Shown here: positions 27,338 to 35,025 of the stretch, in pieces
Position numbering within the stretch: position 1 is the first letter of the stretch
How the letters are laid out: the number at the start of each line of letters is the position of its first letter
Assembly (NCBI GenBank): GCA_946616385.1
Contig: CAMOIZ010000001.1
Location: forward strand, 1-37,237
From: an uncultured Bacteroidales bacterium
GTDB taxonomy: Bacteria > Bacteroidota > Bacteroidia > Bacteroidales > UBA932
Direction: 5' to 3'
Length of the DNA stretch: 37,237 nt
The notes under the pieces: model-generated
What the model was told of the DNA's origin: nothing
Databases searched by the model: none
Seen by the model: only the letters and a program-made list of their open reading frames with translations
Made by a program: the position numbers and the translations under genes

Positions 27338-28840
27338 ATGAAGACAATTCGCATTATCCTCGCACTCGCATTCTGGGTTGGGATAACCCTACTTTTCCTG
27401 GGGATTCCGGAATTGGCCAAATGGCTCGGATGGATGCCCAAAATGCAGTTCCTCCCGGCTGTTCTTGCAGTCAATCTCACCACGATTGCGATCGTAATCG
27501 TTTCATGCCTTCTGATCGGGCGTCTCTATTGTTCAACGGTATGCCCCCTGGGTGTTATGCAGGACGGCATTTCGCACATCAGCGTGCTCGTGAAGCGTAT
27601 GCGCGGGAACCGCAGGCCTTTCCGCCTTCGCAAAGAAATCAAATGGCTGCGCTACGGCATCTGGGTCCTTTTCGTGCTTGCCATTGTTTTCGGATTTCAG
27701 AGTTTCGTGGCGGTCCTGGCCCCCTACAGCGCCTACGGACGCATAGTGAACAGTATCCTGAACTTCAATGCCGGCACCGTGCTGATCGCTGCAGTCGCCA
27801 CCCTGCTTCTCACAGGCATACTGGCCTGGTTCACAGGCAGAGAATACTGCAATGAGGTCTGCCCTGTGGGGACGACGCTGAGCTTCTTCTCGCGTTTTGC
27901 GATTTTCCGTCCCGTAATCGATGCAGAAAAGTGCAAGAATTGCAAGGTTTGCGAGAACAATTGCAAGGCTGGGTGCATCGACATTGCCAATCACAAGATA
28001 GATTACAGCCGCTGCGTGGATTGCTTCGATTGCCTCGGCAACTGCAAATTCGACGCGCTGCACCTGAAGAACTACTACCGTAAAAGTGCGTCTGGCAAGT
28101 CGGAGGAGGCGTCCTCCTTTGAGACCGCTGCCACCCTCGGCACGCTGAGAGGGAGGGGCCCATCGCTCGCGATGGGAGGGGTCGAGCGGAGCGAGACGGT
28201 CGAGAAGGAGGAACCCTCCTCCGCCGTGAGTGGGCGTAGGGCTTTTATTGCCGGTGCTGCGATGGGGCTGACGGCGATTTCGCTTGATGCCCAGAGAAAG
28301 AAGACCGACGGGGGATTCGCGATTGTGGAAGACAAGACTGCCATCAAGCGCGAAACGCCACTCACGCCCCCCGGATCCGCCAGCATAAAAGACTTTTACA
28401 GCCGATGCACGGCATGCCAGCTCTGCGTCGCGGCATGTCCGAACGGTGTCCTGAGGCCATCTACCGGCATTGAGCACCTCATGCAACCCGAAATGGGCTT
28501 CGAGAAGGGCTATTGCCGCCCCGAATGCACAAGTTGCTCGGAGGTCTGCCCCAGCGGAGCCATCATCAAGATAACCAGAGAAGAAAAGACCCAGTACCAT
28601 GTGGGGTACGCTAGCGTCAACCGCGACCTCTGCGTGGCGGAACAAGGCACCAAGTGCGGCAACTGCGCCCGCCATTGCCCGACCGGAGCCATCCAGATGG
28701 TGGAATCGGCAAGCGGCTGCATGGTGCCTGCGGTCGATACCGAAATCTGCATAGGATGCGGAGCATGCGAGAACCTCTGCCCGTCGAGGCCGGTCAGCGC
28801 AATCACCGTAAACGGACGTCATAACCATCTAAACAGCTAA
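27338..28840 (+). CDS. Membrane polyferredoxin (NapH-like membrane part fused to NapG/MauM-like 4Fe-4S part)
   Basis: TM helices with GRLYCSTVCPLG and GREYCNEVCPVG; several CxxCxxCxxxC(P) motifs; internal SGRRAF twin-arginine-like motif; PPGS. Confidence 0.9.
   Translation: MKTIRIILALAFWVGITLLFLGIPELAKWLGWMPKMQFLPAVLAVNLTTIAIVIVSCLLIGRLYCSTVCPLGVMQDGISHISVLVKRMRGNRRPFRLRKEIKWLRYGIWVLFVLAIVFGFQSFVAVLAPYSAYGRIVNSILNFNAGTVLIAAVATLLLTGILAWFTGREYCNEVCPVGTTLSFFSRFAIFRPVIDAEKCKNCKVCENNCKAGCIDIANHKIDYSRCVDCFDCLGNCKFDALHLKNYYRKSASGKSEEASSFETAATLGTLRGRGPSLAMGGVERSETVEKEEPSSAVSGRRAFIAGAAMGLTAISLDAQRKKTDGGFAIVEDKTAIKRETPLTPPGSASIKDFYSRCTACQLCVAACPNGVLRPSTGIEHLMQPEMGFEKGYCRPECTSCSEVCPSGAIIKITREEKTQYHVGYASVNRDLCVAEQGTKCGNCARHCPTGAIQMVESASGCMVPAVDTEICIGCGACENLCPSRPVSAITVNGRHNHLNS
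28101..28223. repeat. 123-bp palindromic MITE/REP-like element in frame within the polyferredoxin gene
   Basis: 27-bp terminal inverted repeats (28101-28127 vs 28197-28223, 22/27 match) and an internal perfect 8-bp stem CCCATCGC/GCGATGGG (28159-28176). Length is a multiple of 3. Confidence 0.7.
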
Positions 28841-28843
28841 GAC

Positions 28844-30190
28844 ATGGACAGAAGAGACTTTCTCAGAATATCGGGTACAGGAGCAGCCGGGCTTGCAGCC
28901 GTGGCGGCAGGATGTGCCCCCAAGACCAAGGAAAGCAATCCAGCGACTCCGGGGAAGATGGTCTTCCGCGAGAATCCGGTGAACGGCGACAAAGTGTCTC
29001 TTCTCGGATTCGGCTGCATGCGCTGGCCCATGATCAAAGACGCCGACGGGAAAGAGATAATCGACCAGCAGGCGGTAAATGAGATGGTGGATTACGCCAT
29101 CGAGCACGGCGTGAACTATTTCGACACCTCGCCGGCATACCTGCAGGGATTGTCGGAGCGTGCCGCAGGCGAGGCCCTGAGCCGACATCCGCGAAGCAGC
29201 TACTACATCGCCACCAAACTTTCCAACTTCGGCGACCATAGCACGGAGGCCTCCATCAAGATGTACGAGGACTCCTTCAAGGAGATGAAAACGGACTACT
29301 TCGACTACTATCTCCTACACGCGATCGGCATGGGAGGCCGCCGCGCCTTCCAGACCAGGTACGTCGACAACGGCATGATGGACTTCCTCCTCAAGGAGAA
29401 GGAGAAAGGCCGCATACGCAACCTTGGATTCTCTTTCCACGGTGCGAAAGAGGCCTTCGACTCCTTCATGGAAATGCACGACACAGGCGAGTTCAAGTGG
29501 GATTTCTGCCAGATCGAAATGAACTACGTAGACTGGAAACACGCCGATGGAGTTCGCAACGTAAATGCCGACTATCTCTATGCCGAACTCGAAAAGAGAG
29601 GTATTCCCGTCGTGATAATGGAACCGCTGCTCGGAGGACGCCTCGCGAACGTGCCGGTCGGCATCTCGCGCCAGATGAAAATGCGCGAACCCGACAAATC
29701 GGTAGCGTCATGGGCCTTCCGTTTCTGCGGCAGCTATCCCGGAGTGATGTGCATCCTCAGCGGCATGACCTCGATGGATCCTCTGCTCGACAACCTGAAG
29801 ACCTTCGAGAACTTCGTCCCCCTTACCGAAGAGGAACTCGAATTCATGGAAAGGATGGCCGTGCAACTCAAGGAATTCCCCCTGGTGAATTGCACCGACT
29901 GCAAATACTGCATGCCATGCCCCTGGGGAATCGACATCCCGGGCATCTTCAAGCACTACAACACCTCTGTCACCAACGGCAGTTTCGCCCAGAGCAAGGA
30001 ACAGAAAGACTACCGGAAACTCCGCAACGCCTATCTGTCGAGCTACGACAAGGCAATCCCCACAGTGCGTCAGGCTGACCACTGCATAGGATGCGGCCAG
30101 TGCCTCATGCACTGCCCCCAGAGCATTGCTATACCGGACGAACTCCACCGCATCGACCAGTATGTAGAAAAACTCAAGCAAGAACTGTAA
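28844..30190 (+). CDS. Aldo/keto reductase with twin-arginine/lipoprotein-like signal and C-terminal 4Fe-4S motifs
   Basis: MDRRDFL...AAGC; LGFGCMR; NYFDTS..Y; IATKL; DYYLLH; MEPL.GG; CTDCKYCMPCP; CIGCGQCLMHCPQ. Confidence 0.92.
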   Translation: MDRRDFLRISGTGAAGLAAVAAGCAPKTKESNPATPGKMVFRENPVNGDKVSLLGFGCMRWPMIKDADGKEIIDQQAVNEMVDYAIEHGVNYFDTSPAYLQGLSERAAGEALSRHPRSSYYIATKLSNFGDHSTEASIKMYEDSFKEMKTDYFDYYLLHAIGMGGRRAFQTRYVDNGMMDFLLKEKEKGRIRNLGFSFHGAKEAFDSFMEMHDTGEFKWDFCQIEMNYVDWKHADGVRNVNADYLYAELEKRGIPVVIMEPLLGGRLANVPVGISRQMKMREPDKSVASWAFRFCGSYPGVMCILSGMTSMDPLLDNLKTFENFVPLTEEELEFMERMAVQLKEFPLVNCTDCKYCMPCPWGIDIPGIFKHYNTSVTNGSFAQSKEQKDYRKLRNAYLSSYDKAIPTVRQADHCIGCGQCLMHCPQSIAIPDELHRIDQYVEKLKQEL

Positions 30191-30194
30191 CTGT

Positions 30195-31328
30195 ATGAAA
30201 AAGAAAGCGACACCCATAATCATAGTGCTGCTGTTGCTTGCGGCCGGAGCCGTGCTTTACTTCTCGCTGAAGGGCAAGAAGGCACCGGTCGTAGCCGAGC
30301 CTCCGGTGCAATATGTGTCCGACATCATTTCAGGCATCGACTCCGACAGCCACAAGCTGATTTCGGAGTACGATCCGGCCGACTCCAAGAAAGCGATCTT
30401 CATTTTCGGATCCAAGTCCCGCACAAGCGACATCGCCCAGGCTTTGCTGGAGAGCGACGACTTCGACAACGTGGACGGTTCCTCAAAACCTGACGGGCTG
30501 AAAGACCTCGCAGGCGAGACGATCTGCACCGTCGCCAACTTCTCCAACTTCGGGGAAATGGTGAACGACGGCCGCCTCGACGACCTCAGGGAACTTACGG
30601 CCCGCAACGTGCTGGCAGCCATGGACACGCTCTGCTACGTCAGCCCGTACGACCGAAGCGGAATGGGCAAGAAGCCCCTCGCAAAGATGATCGTCCTGGG
30701 ATCCGCGTGCATGACGCAATACGGACGCTACGACATCGATTCCCTGTTCAGCGCGCTTGGCTGCAACATGCCGGTGATTTCGCCCATGCAGCTGATAGTC
30801 GACGAAGCCATAGAGTCGGCAAGAGGAAAGAAAGTGCTGAACGTTGGCGTGCTCGCCGGCAACGCACCTGTCGACCTCTATGCACCGTACATACGCAAAC
30901 AGGCCGCGAAGGCGCAGATCGACAGCGTGCTTTGCGTAGGATACAAAGTCCCAGCAGGGGAGGATCCGCTGCTGTCGTTCCTCGATCATTACGCCGAGTT
31001 CGGCATTACCAGTCCGCTGGACGTGATCCTGGTCGACGACATGAAAGTGGACATTTCCCAATTCAGGGCCAGCCTCGAGTTGATTACATCAGTAATGAAC
31101 GCCGAATCGCTGACATACGGCAACATGGTGTCTCCCAAATTCAAGGTGATAGATTCCCGCAGCCGCACCTGTCATGCCGTTTACGGCTTACTCAGGCAGA
31201 AAAACCTGTTTACACACTATATTTCTCAGCCACGCCTGCTCGACTACATGCTCATCACCCGCGAGGGCATCGACAAAGAGTTCATGCTGCTGCAGTACAA
31301 CGAAAGATATATTCCTAACGCCAATTAA
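30195..31328 (+). CDS. Membrane-anchored hypothetical protein, apparent degenerate Asp/Glu-racemase homolog
   Basis: N-terminal TM anchor. FDNVDG..KPDGL.D.AGE, LRELT and KMIVL..A recall the Bacteroidales glutamate-racemase-like scaffold, but the catalytic motifs are absent. Confidence 0.6.
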   Translation: MKKKATPIIIVLLLLAAGAVLYFSLKGKKAPVVAEPPVQYVSDIISGIDSDSHKLISEYDPADSKKAIFIFGSKSRTSDIAQALLESDDFDNVDGSSKPDGLKDLAGETICTVANFSNFGEMVNDGRLDDLRELTARNVLAAMDTLCYVSPYDRSGMGKKPLAKMIVLGSACMTQYGRYDIDSLFSALGCNMPVISPMQLIVDEAIESARGKKVLNVGVLAGNAPVDLYAPYIRKQAAKAQIDSVLCVGYKVPAGEDPLLSFLDHYAEFGITSPLDVILVDDMKVDISQFRASLELITSVMNAESLTYGNMVSPKFKVIDSRSRTCHAVYGLLRQKNLFTHYISQPRLLDYMLITREGIDKEFMLLQYNERYIPNAN

Positions 31329-32122
31329 TGTTCAAACTCACAATTACCCCTGAAGATATCGAGAAATTGGAGCTGACAAGCTTTCAGGGACAAATACACG
31401 TAATCAGCCGCCCGGGATGGGATTTTTCCAGGGCGATCGCTTATCTGAAAAAACAGAAAATACTTGGGTTCGACACCGAGACCAAACCTGTGTTCTCGCC
31501 GGGTCAGCACCACAACGGAGTAGCCCTGCTTCAGCTCTCCGGGCCCGACCAGGCCTTCCTCTTCCGCGTCCAGAAACTCGGAATGAGGGGCAGGCTTTGC
31601 TCGATACTCGCAAACCCCAATATCATAAAGGTGGGAGCGGCCGCTCTCGACGATGTGCGAGGCCTCCAGAAATACAAGGAATTCGAGCCGCGGGGCTTTG
31701 TAGACCTGCAGAAGATTGTATGGGAGTGGGGGATTCGCGACAAGAGCGTAAAGAAGATGGCCGCAAACATACTTGGCGTGCGCATCTCCAAGAGCCAGCA
31801 GCTCTCCAACTGGGAAGCCGAAACCCTGAATGAGCATCAGCAGAAGTACGCCGCCACCGACGCATGGATATGCAGGGAGATGTACCTGAAACTGCTCGAA
31901 TGCGAGAAACATCCCCTGAAACCGGAAGAGTTGCTGCCACCCGAACAGCAGCCGCTGGCGATACGCGACCCGGAAGCAGCCGAGAAGAAGAAACAGGAAA
32001 AGGCCGCAAGACGCGTGGAGGCCGAAGCCGCCAGGAAGAAATCGGAACAGAGAAAGCGCAGATATTACAACAGAAAGAAAAAGACGAACAATGACAAAGG
32101 TTTACCTGAAAAAGGGGCGTGA
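31328..32122 (+). CDS. DEDDy 3'-5' exonuclease (RNase D/WRN-like) with basic C-terminal tail
   Basis: GFDTETKP, LLQLS, KVG, FVDLQ, SNWE, YAATDAW. Confidence 0.92.
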   Translation: MFKLTITPEDIEKLELTSFQGQIHVISRPGWDFSRAIAYLKKQKILGFDTETKPVFSPGQHHNGVALLQLSGPDQAFLFRVQKLGMRGRLCSILANPNIIKVGAAALDDVRGLQKYKEFEPRGFVDLQKIVWEWGIRDKSVKKMAANILGVRISKSQQLSNWEAETLNEHQQKYAATDAWICREMYLKLLECEKHPLKPEELLPPEQQPLAIRDPEAAEKKKQEKAARRVEAEAARKKSEQRKRRYYNRKKKTNNDKGLPEKGA

Positions 32123-33284
32123 CGAATCGGTACGCCGCTTCCATCCCTGGGTTTTCTCGGGCGCAGTCGCACAAGTGTCGGGAAATCCCGCAGAAGGCGA
32201 CATAGTGGCAGTGTATTCGGCTGAAGGCGAGTATCTTGCATCCGGCCATTGGCAGATAGGATCAATCTCCGTGCGGATACTCTCGTTCGATGCGGATCCT
32301 GCGTCTCCAACTTTCTGGGAAGACTCCATCCGCGCGGCCTACGAGGCACGGAGAGCCATGGGGCTCACTGATTCCGGAACGACCAGCTGCTACCGTCTCG
32401 TGCACGGAGAGGGAGACGGCCTTCCCGGGCTGATAATCGACTGGTACGACGGCGTCTGTGTGCTGCAGGCCCATTCCGTGGGCATGTTCCGGGCCAAGAA
32501 CCAGATCTGCGAAGCCCTGAAAGCAGTGTATGGAGACGCTCTCAAAGCCGTCTACGACAAGAGCAGCGGCACAGCACCCTTCAAGGCGGGGCTGGAACTG
32601 GTGGACGGCTACCTTTGGAAGGCTCCCGGCTTTGAGTCGGGGGAGCAGGCTGTGCTTGAAAACGGCCATAAATTCCTCGTAAACTGGACAGAAGGGCAGA
32701 AGACCGGCTTCTTCCTAGACCAGCGCGAAAACCGCGCCCTGGTGGAACGTTACGCCCGTGGAAGGAACGTCCTCAATCTTTTCTGCTACACCGGAGGATT
32801 CTCCGTCTATGCTCTTGGCGGAGGTGCGGTGCACGTGGATTCCGTAGACAGTTCCGCAAAGGCCATGGCCATGGTAGACAGGAACATAGCGCTGAACGGC
32901 TTCGACTCCGGCCTGCACACATCGTATTGTGCCGATGCCATCGAACATCTGGCGTCCGTCGAAGACGGGAAATACGACCTTATAATCGTGGATCCTCCGG
33001 CATTCGCAAAGCACAGGGGAGCGCTGAAGAACGCCCTGCGCGCTTATCAGAGGCTGAATGCCAGGGCCATAGAAAAAGTAGCCCCCGGAGGATTCGTGTT
33101 CACCTTCTCATGTTCCCAGGTAGTAGACAAGGAATCTTTCGCTCTCGCCGTCTTTTCGGCGGCTGCAAGCACCGGACGCCGGGTCCGTATCCTCGACCGT
33201 CTCTGCCAGCCGGCAGATCATGCGGTGAATATCTACCACCCCGAAGGTGAATACCTCAAGGGGCTTCTTCTATATGTAGAATAG
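32091..33284 (+). CDS. rlmI: Class I SAM-dependent rRNA methyltransferase (RlmI/RlmK family)
   Basis: PUA domain HPWVFSGAV, RLVHGEGDGLPGL, GQKTGFFLDQRENR, LNLFCYTGGFS, DPPAF, FSCS. Confidence 0.9.
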   Translation: MTKVYLKKGRDESVRRFHPWVFSGAVAQVSGNPAEGDIVAVYSAEGEYLASGHWQIGSISVRILSFDADPASPTFWEDSIRAAYEARRAMGLTDSGTTSCYRLVHGEGDGLPGLIIDWYDGVCVLQAHSVGMFRAKNQICEALKAVYGDALKAVYDKSSGTAPFKAGLELVDGYLWKAPGFESGEQAVLENGHKFLVNWTEGQKTGFFLDQRENRALVERYARGRNVLNLFCYTGGFSVYALGGGAVHVDSVDSSAKAMAMVDRNIALNGFDSGLHTSYCADAIEHLASVEDGKYDLIIVDPPAFAKHRGALKNALRAYQRLNARAIEKVAPGGFVFTFSCSQVVDKESFALAVFSAAASTGRRVRILDRLCQPADHAVNIYHPEGEYLKGLLLYVE

Positions 33285-33288
33285 GGGC

Positions 33289-33828
33289 TCAGCGCTCCTT
33301 CTTGTGCAGCTTGCTGTAAAACTTTACACCACTCACAAGGCTGCCGAACTGCGACTTGGGCACGTCGGTCGCCCTGATGTATCCCTCTCTTTCCACGCTG
33401 AACATTAGCGAGTGGCTGAGAAGGGCTTTCCGGTGCGATACCTTCACGACCTCGAACTTGTCGTTCGGGAAACCGAAGGCGAGGCAGCCGATGAGTTCGA
33501 TCTCCGTACCGGGGGCCTGTTTGAAAAGTTCCTGCATCCTCTGCAGATTCGCGAGAGCCTCGGTGAGATTACTGCCGAGCGGAAGGAACAATTCGAAAGC
33601 AGGATCAAATAGAATCTGGACTACTTCGTCGCCGAATCCGAGATGTCCGACAGAGAGCCAGTAGGCATTTTTGCCGTCTTTCGGACTGTTGAAAACCTCA
33701 AACTCGCTTGCTACGTTTTCTTCGTCTTCAACGGTGGCAATTTCCAGTCTCTGGGGAATCTTGGACAACTGTGCATTAGCGTTCAGCGCCATCACAAGCA
33801 CGGTTAGAATGCAAAAAAACTTTTTCAT
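33289..33828 (-). CDS. Hypothetical exported protein
   Basis: Signal peptide MKKFFCILTVLVMALNANA-Q from ATG 33828; no recognisable motif. Confidence 0.7.
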   Translation of the reverse strand: MKKFFCILTVLVMALNANAQLSKIPQRLEIATVEDEENVASEFEVFNSPKDGKNAYWLSVGHLGFGDEVVQILFDPAFELFLPLGSNLTEALANLQRMQELFKQAPGTEIELIGCLAFGFPNDKFEVVKVSHRKALLSHSLMFSVEREGYIRATDVPKSQFGSLVSGVKFYSKLHKKER

Positions 33829-33862
33829 GCCTGAAAGATTTGCAATTATTGTACCAGTATTT

Positions 33863-34534
33863 TTATTCGATCTCCTTGCCGGCACCCCAGGCCTTTCCTA
33901 CAACATCTCCAAGAGCGCGGTAGCACACGCCTGCGGCATCGAAAACTATTGGTTTGAGAAGAGCGAGATCTACCTGGCCGGCCTCATTGAGAATGCTCTT
34001 GTCGGCGCTCTGGTTGACTACTTCGCCGATCAGGCATCCGTCCTTGAAACTGATGACCTTGCACTCGAGGGTGAGGGGGTACTCGTTGATGATGGGAGCG
34101 TTGACATTGGGGCTGGGGGTGACGGTGAAACCTGCCCTGGCAACTTTGTCGGGCACATTCTTGCCGCTCACCATTCCTAAATAGTCGCTCTCCTTGACGG
34201 TGCGCTCGTCGGCAAAGCTGACTGTGAAAGCTCCGGTGAGTTCAAGATTGTCGGTGGTCTGATGCTTGGAAAGGCTGATCACGATCTCCTTGGCATCGTA
34301 CTGACCGGCCCATGCGGCCATCATGACGTCGGGGTTCTTGTCTTTGTCCCAAGTGGCAATCATCACGCAAGGCTGAGGCGTGGTCACAAGGGCATGGTTG
34401 GGGCCGAAATTCTTGCGTCCGGCCACTTCCTGGAGTGGAGTGTTGTTCATGTTATCTGTTTGATTGTTGGTTTTGCCGGAATTTGTGCAACAGGCAAGTG
34501 CCAAAACAGCTGCGAACAGAGTGATGTGTTTCAT
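33863..34534 (-). CDS. Flavin reductase family (flavoredoxin-like) protein with lipoprotein-like N-terminus
   Basis: PQPCVMIAT, AFTVSFA, DYLGMVSG, APIINEYPLTLEC, IGEVV; N-terminal MKHITLFAAVLALAC. Confidence 0.88.
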   Translation of the reverse strand: MKHITLFAAVLALACCTNSGKTNNQTDNMNNTPLQEVAGRKNFGPNHALVTTPQPCVMIATWDKDKNPDVMMAAWAGQYDAKEIVISLSKHQTTDNLELTGAFTVSFADERTVKESDYLGMVSGKNVPDKVARAGFTVTPSPNVNAPIINEYPLTLECKVISFKDGCLIGEVVNQSADKSILNEAGQVDLALLKPIVFDAAGVCYRALGDVVGKAWGAGKEIE

Positions 34535-34552
34535 TTTTGTTCAGTTTTACGG

Positions 34553-34560
34553 CAAATTTA
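34553..34560 (-). promoter_or_regulatory. -7 promoter element TAAATTTG for the flavin reductase gene
   Basis: TAnnTTTG match 18 nt upstream of ATG 34534. Confidence 0.55.
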
Positions 34561-34821
34561 GTCGGAATACGGTAGAATTGCAATAGGGGGGATGGGGAAA
34601 TAGTGATTTGTGCGTGGACTTCATATTGTGCCAAGTCCAAAACCCTGTGTTTTTGTCCGGGGACCTGGCGCATTTTTCCCGTTTTTTGCTGCAGGTCCTG
34701 AAGAGGGGAGCAGTGCTTACACAGGAAGGGTTTCGTCCATAATAGGACGCATAAGATGTATAAAATATAGAAATATACCACATTTTTTGTAAATTCACGG
34801 ACTATAATCATTATCCGTCTT

Positions 34822-35019
34822 ATGGCACAACAGACATCCTACCCTTGCGAGAGCTGCAAGTTCCGCGCATCTTACGACAAGAATCCCAAGTCCTTGCTCG
34901 GGCGTTTCTGGCGCTGGCACATTAACTTCTGCCCGGGCTGGAAGAACTATTTCACCCATCAGGACGAGCAGACGAAGGCTGCGCTCCGGGAGAAATACCA
35001 TTTCGAGAAGTACAAGTAG
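34822..35019 (+). CDS. Small Cys/His/Trp-rich hypothetical protein (65 aa)
   Basis: ATG after an AT-rich region, 6 nt from the next gene. Pattern CESC..R..YD..P.S.LGRFWRWH..FCPGW..Y. Confidence 0.75.
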   Translation: MAQQTSYPCESCKFRASYDKNPKSLLGRFWRWHINFCPGWKNYFTHQDEQTKAALREKYHFEKYK

Positions 35020-35025
35020 AACAAC

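Noticed and set aside
34547-34811. Short ORFs in the intergenic region (34547-34798, 34610-34792, 34452-34811)
   Set aside because: No motifs, atypical composition and mutually overlapping; treated as non-coding.
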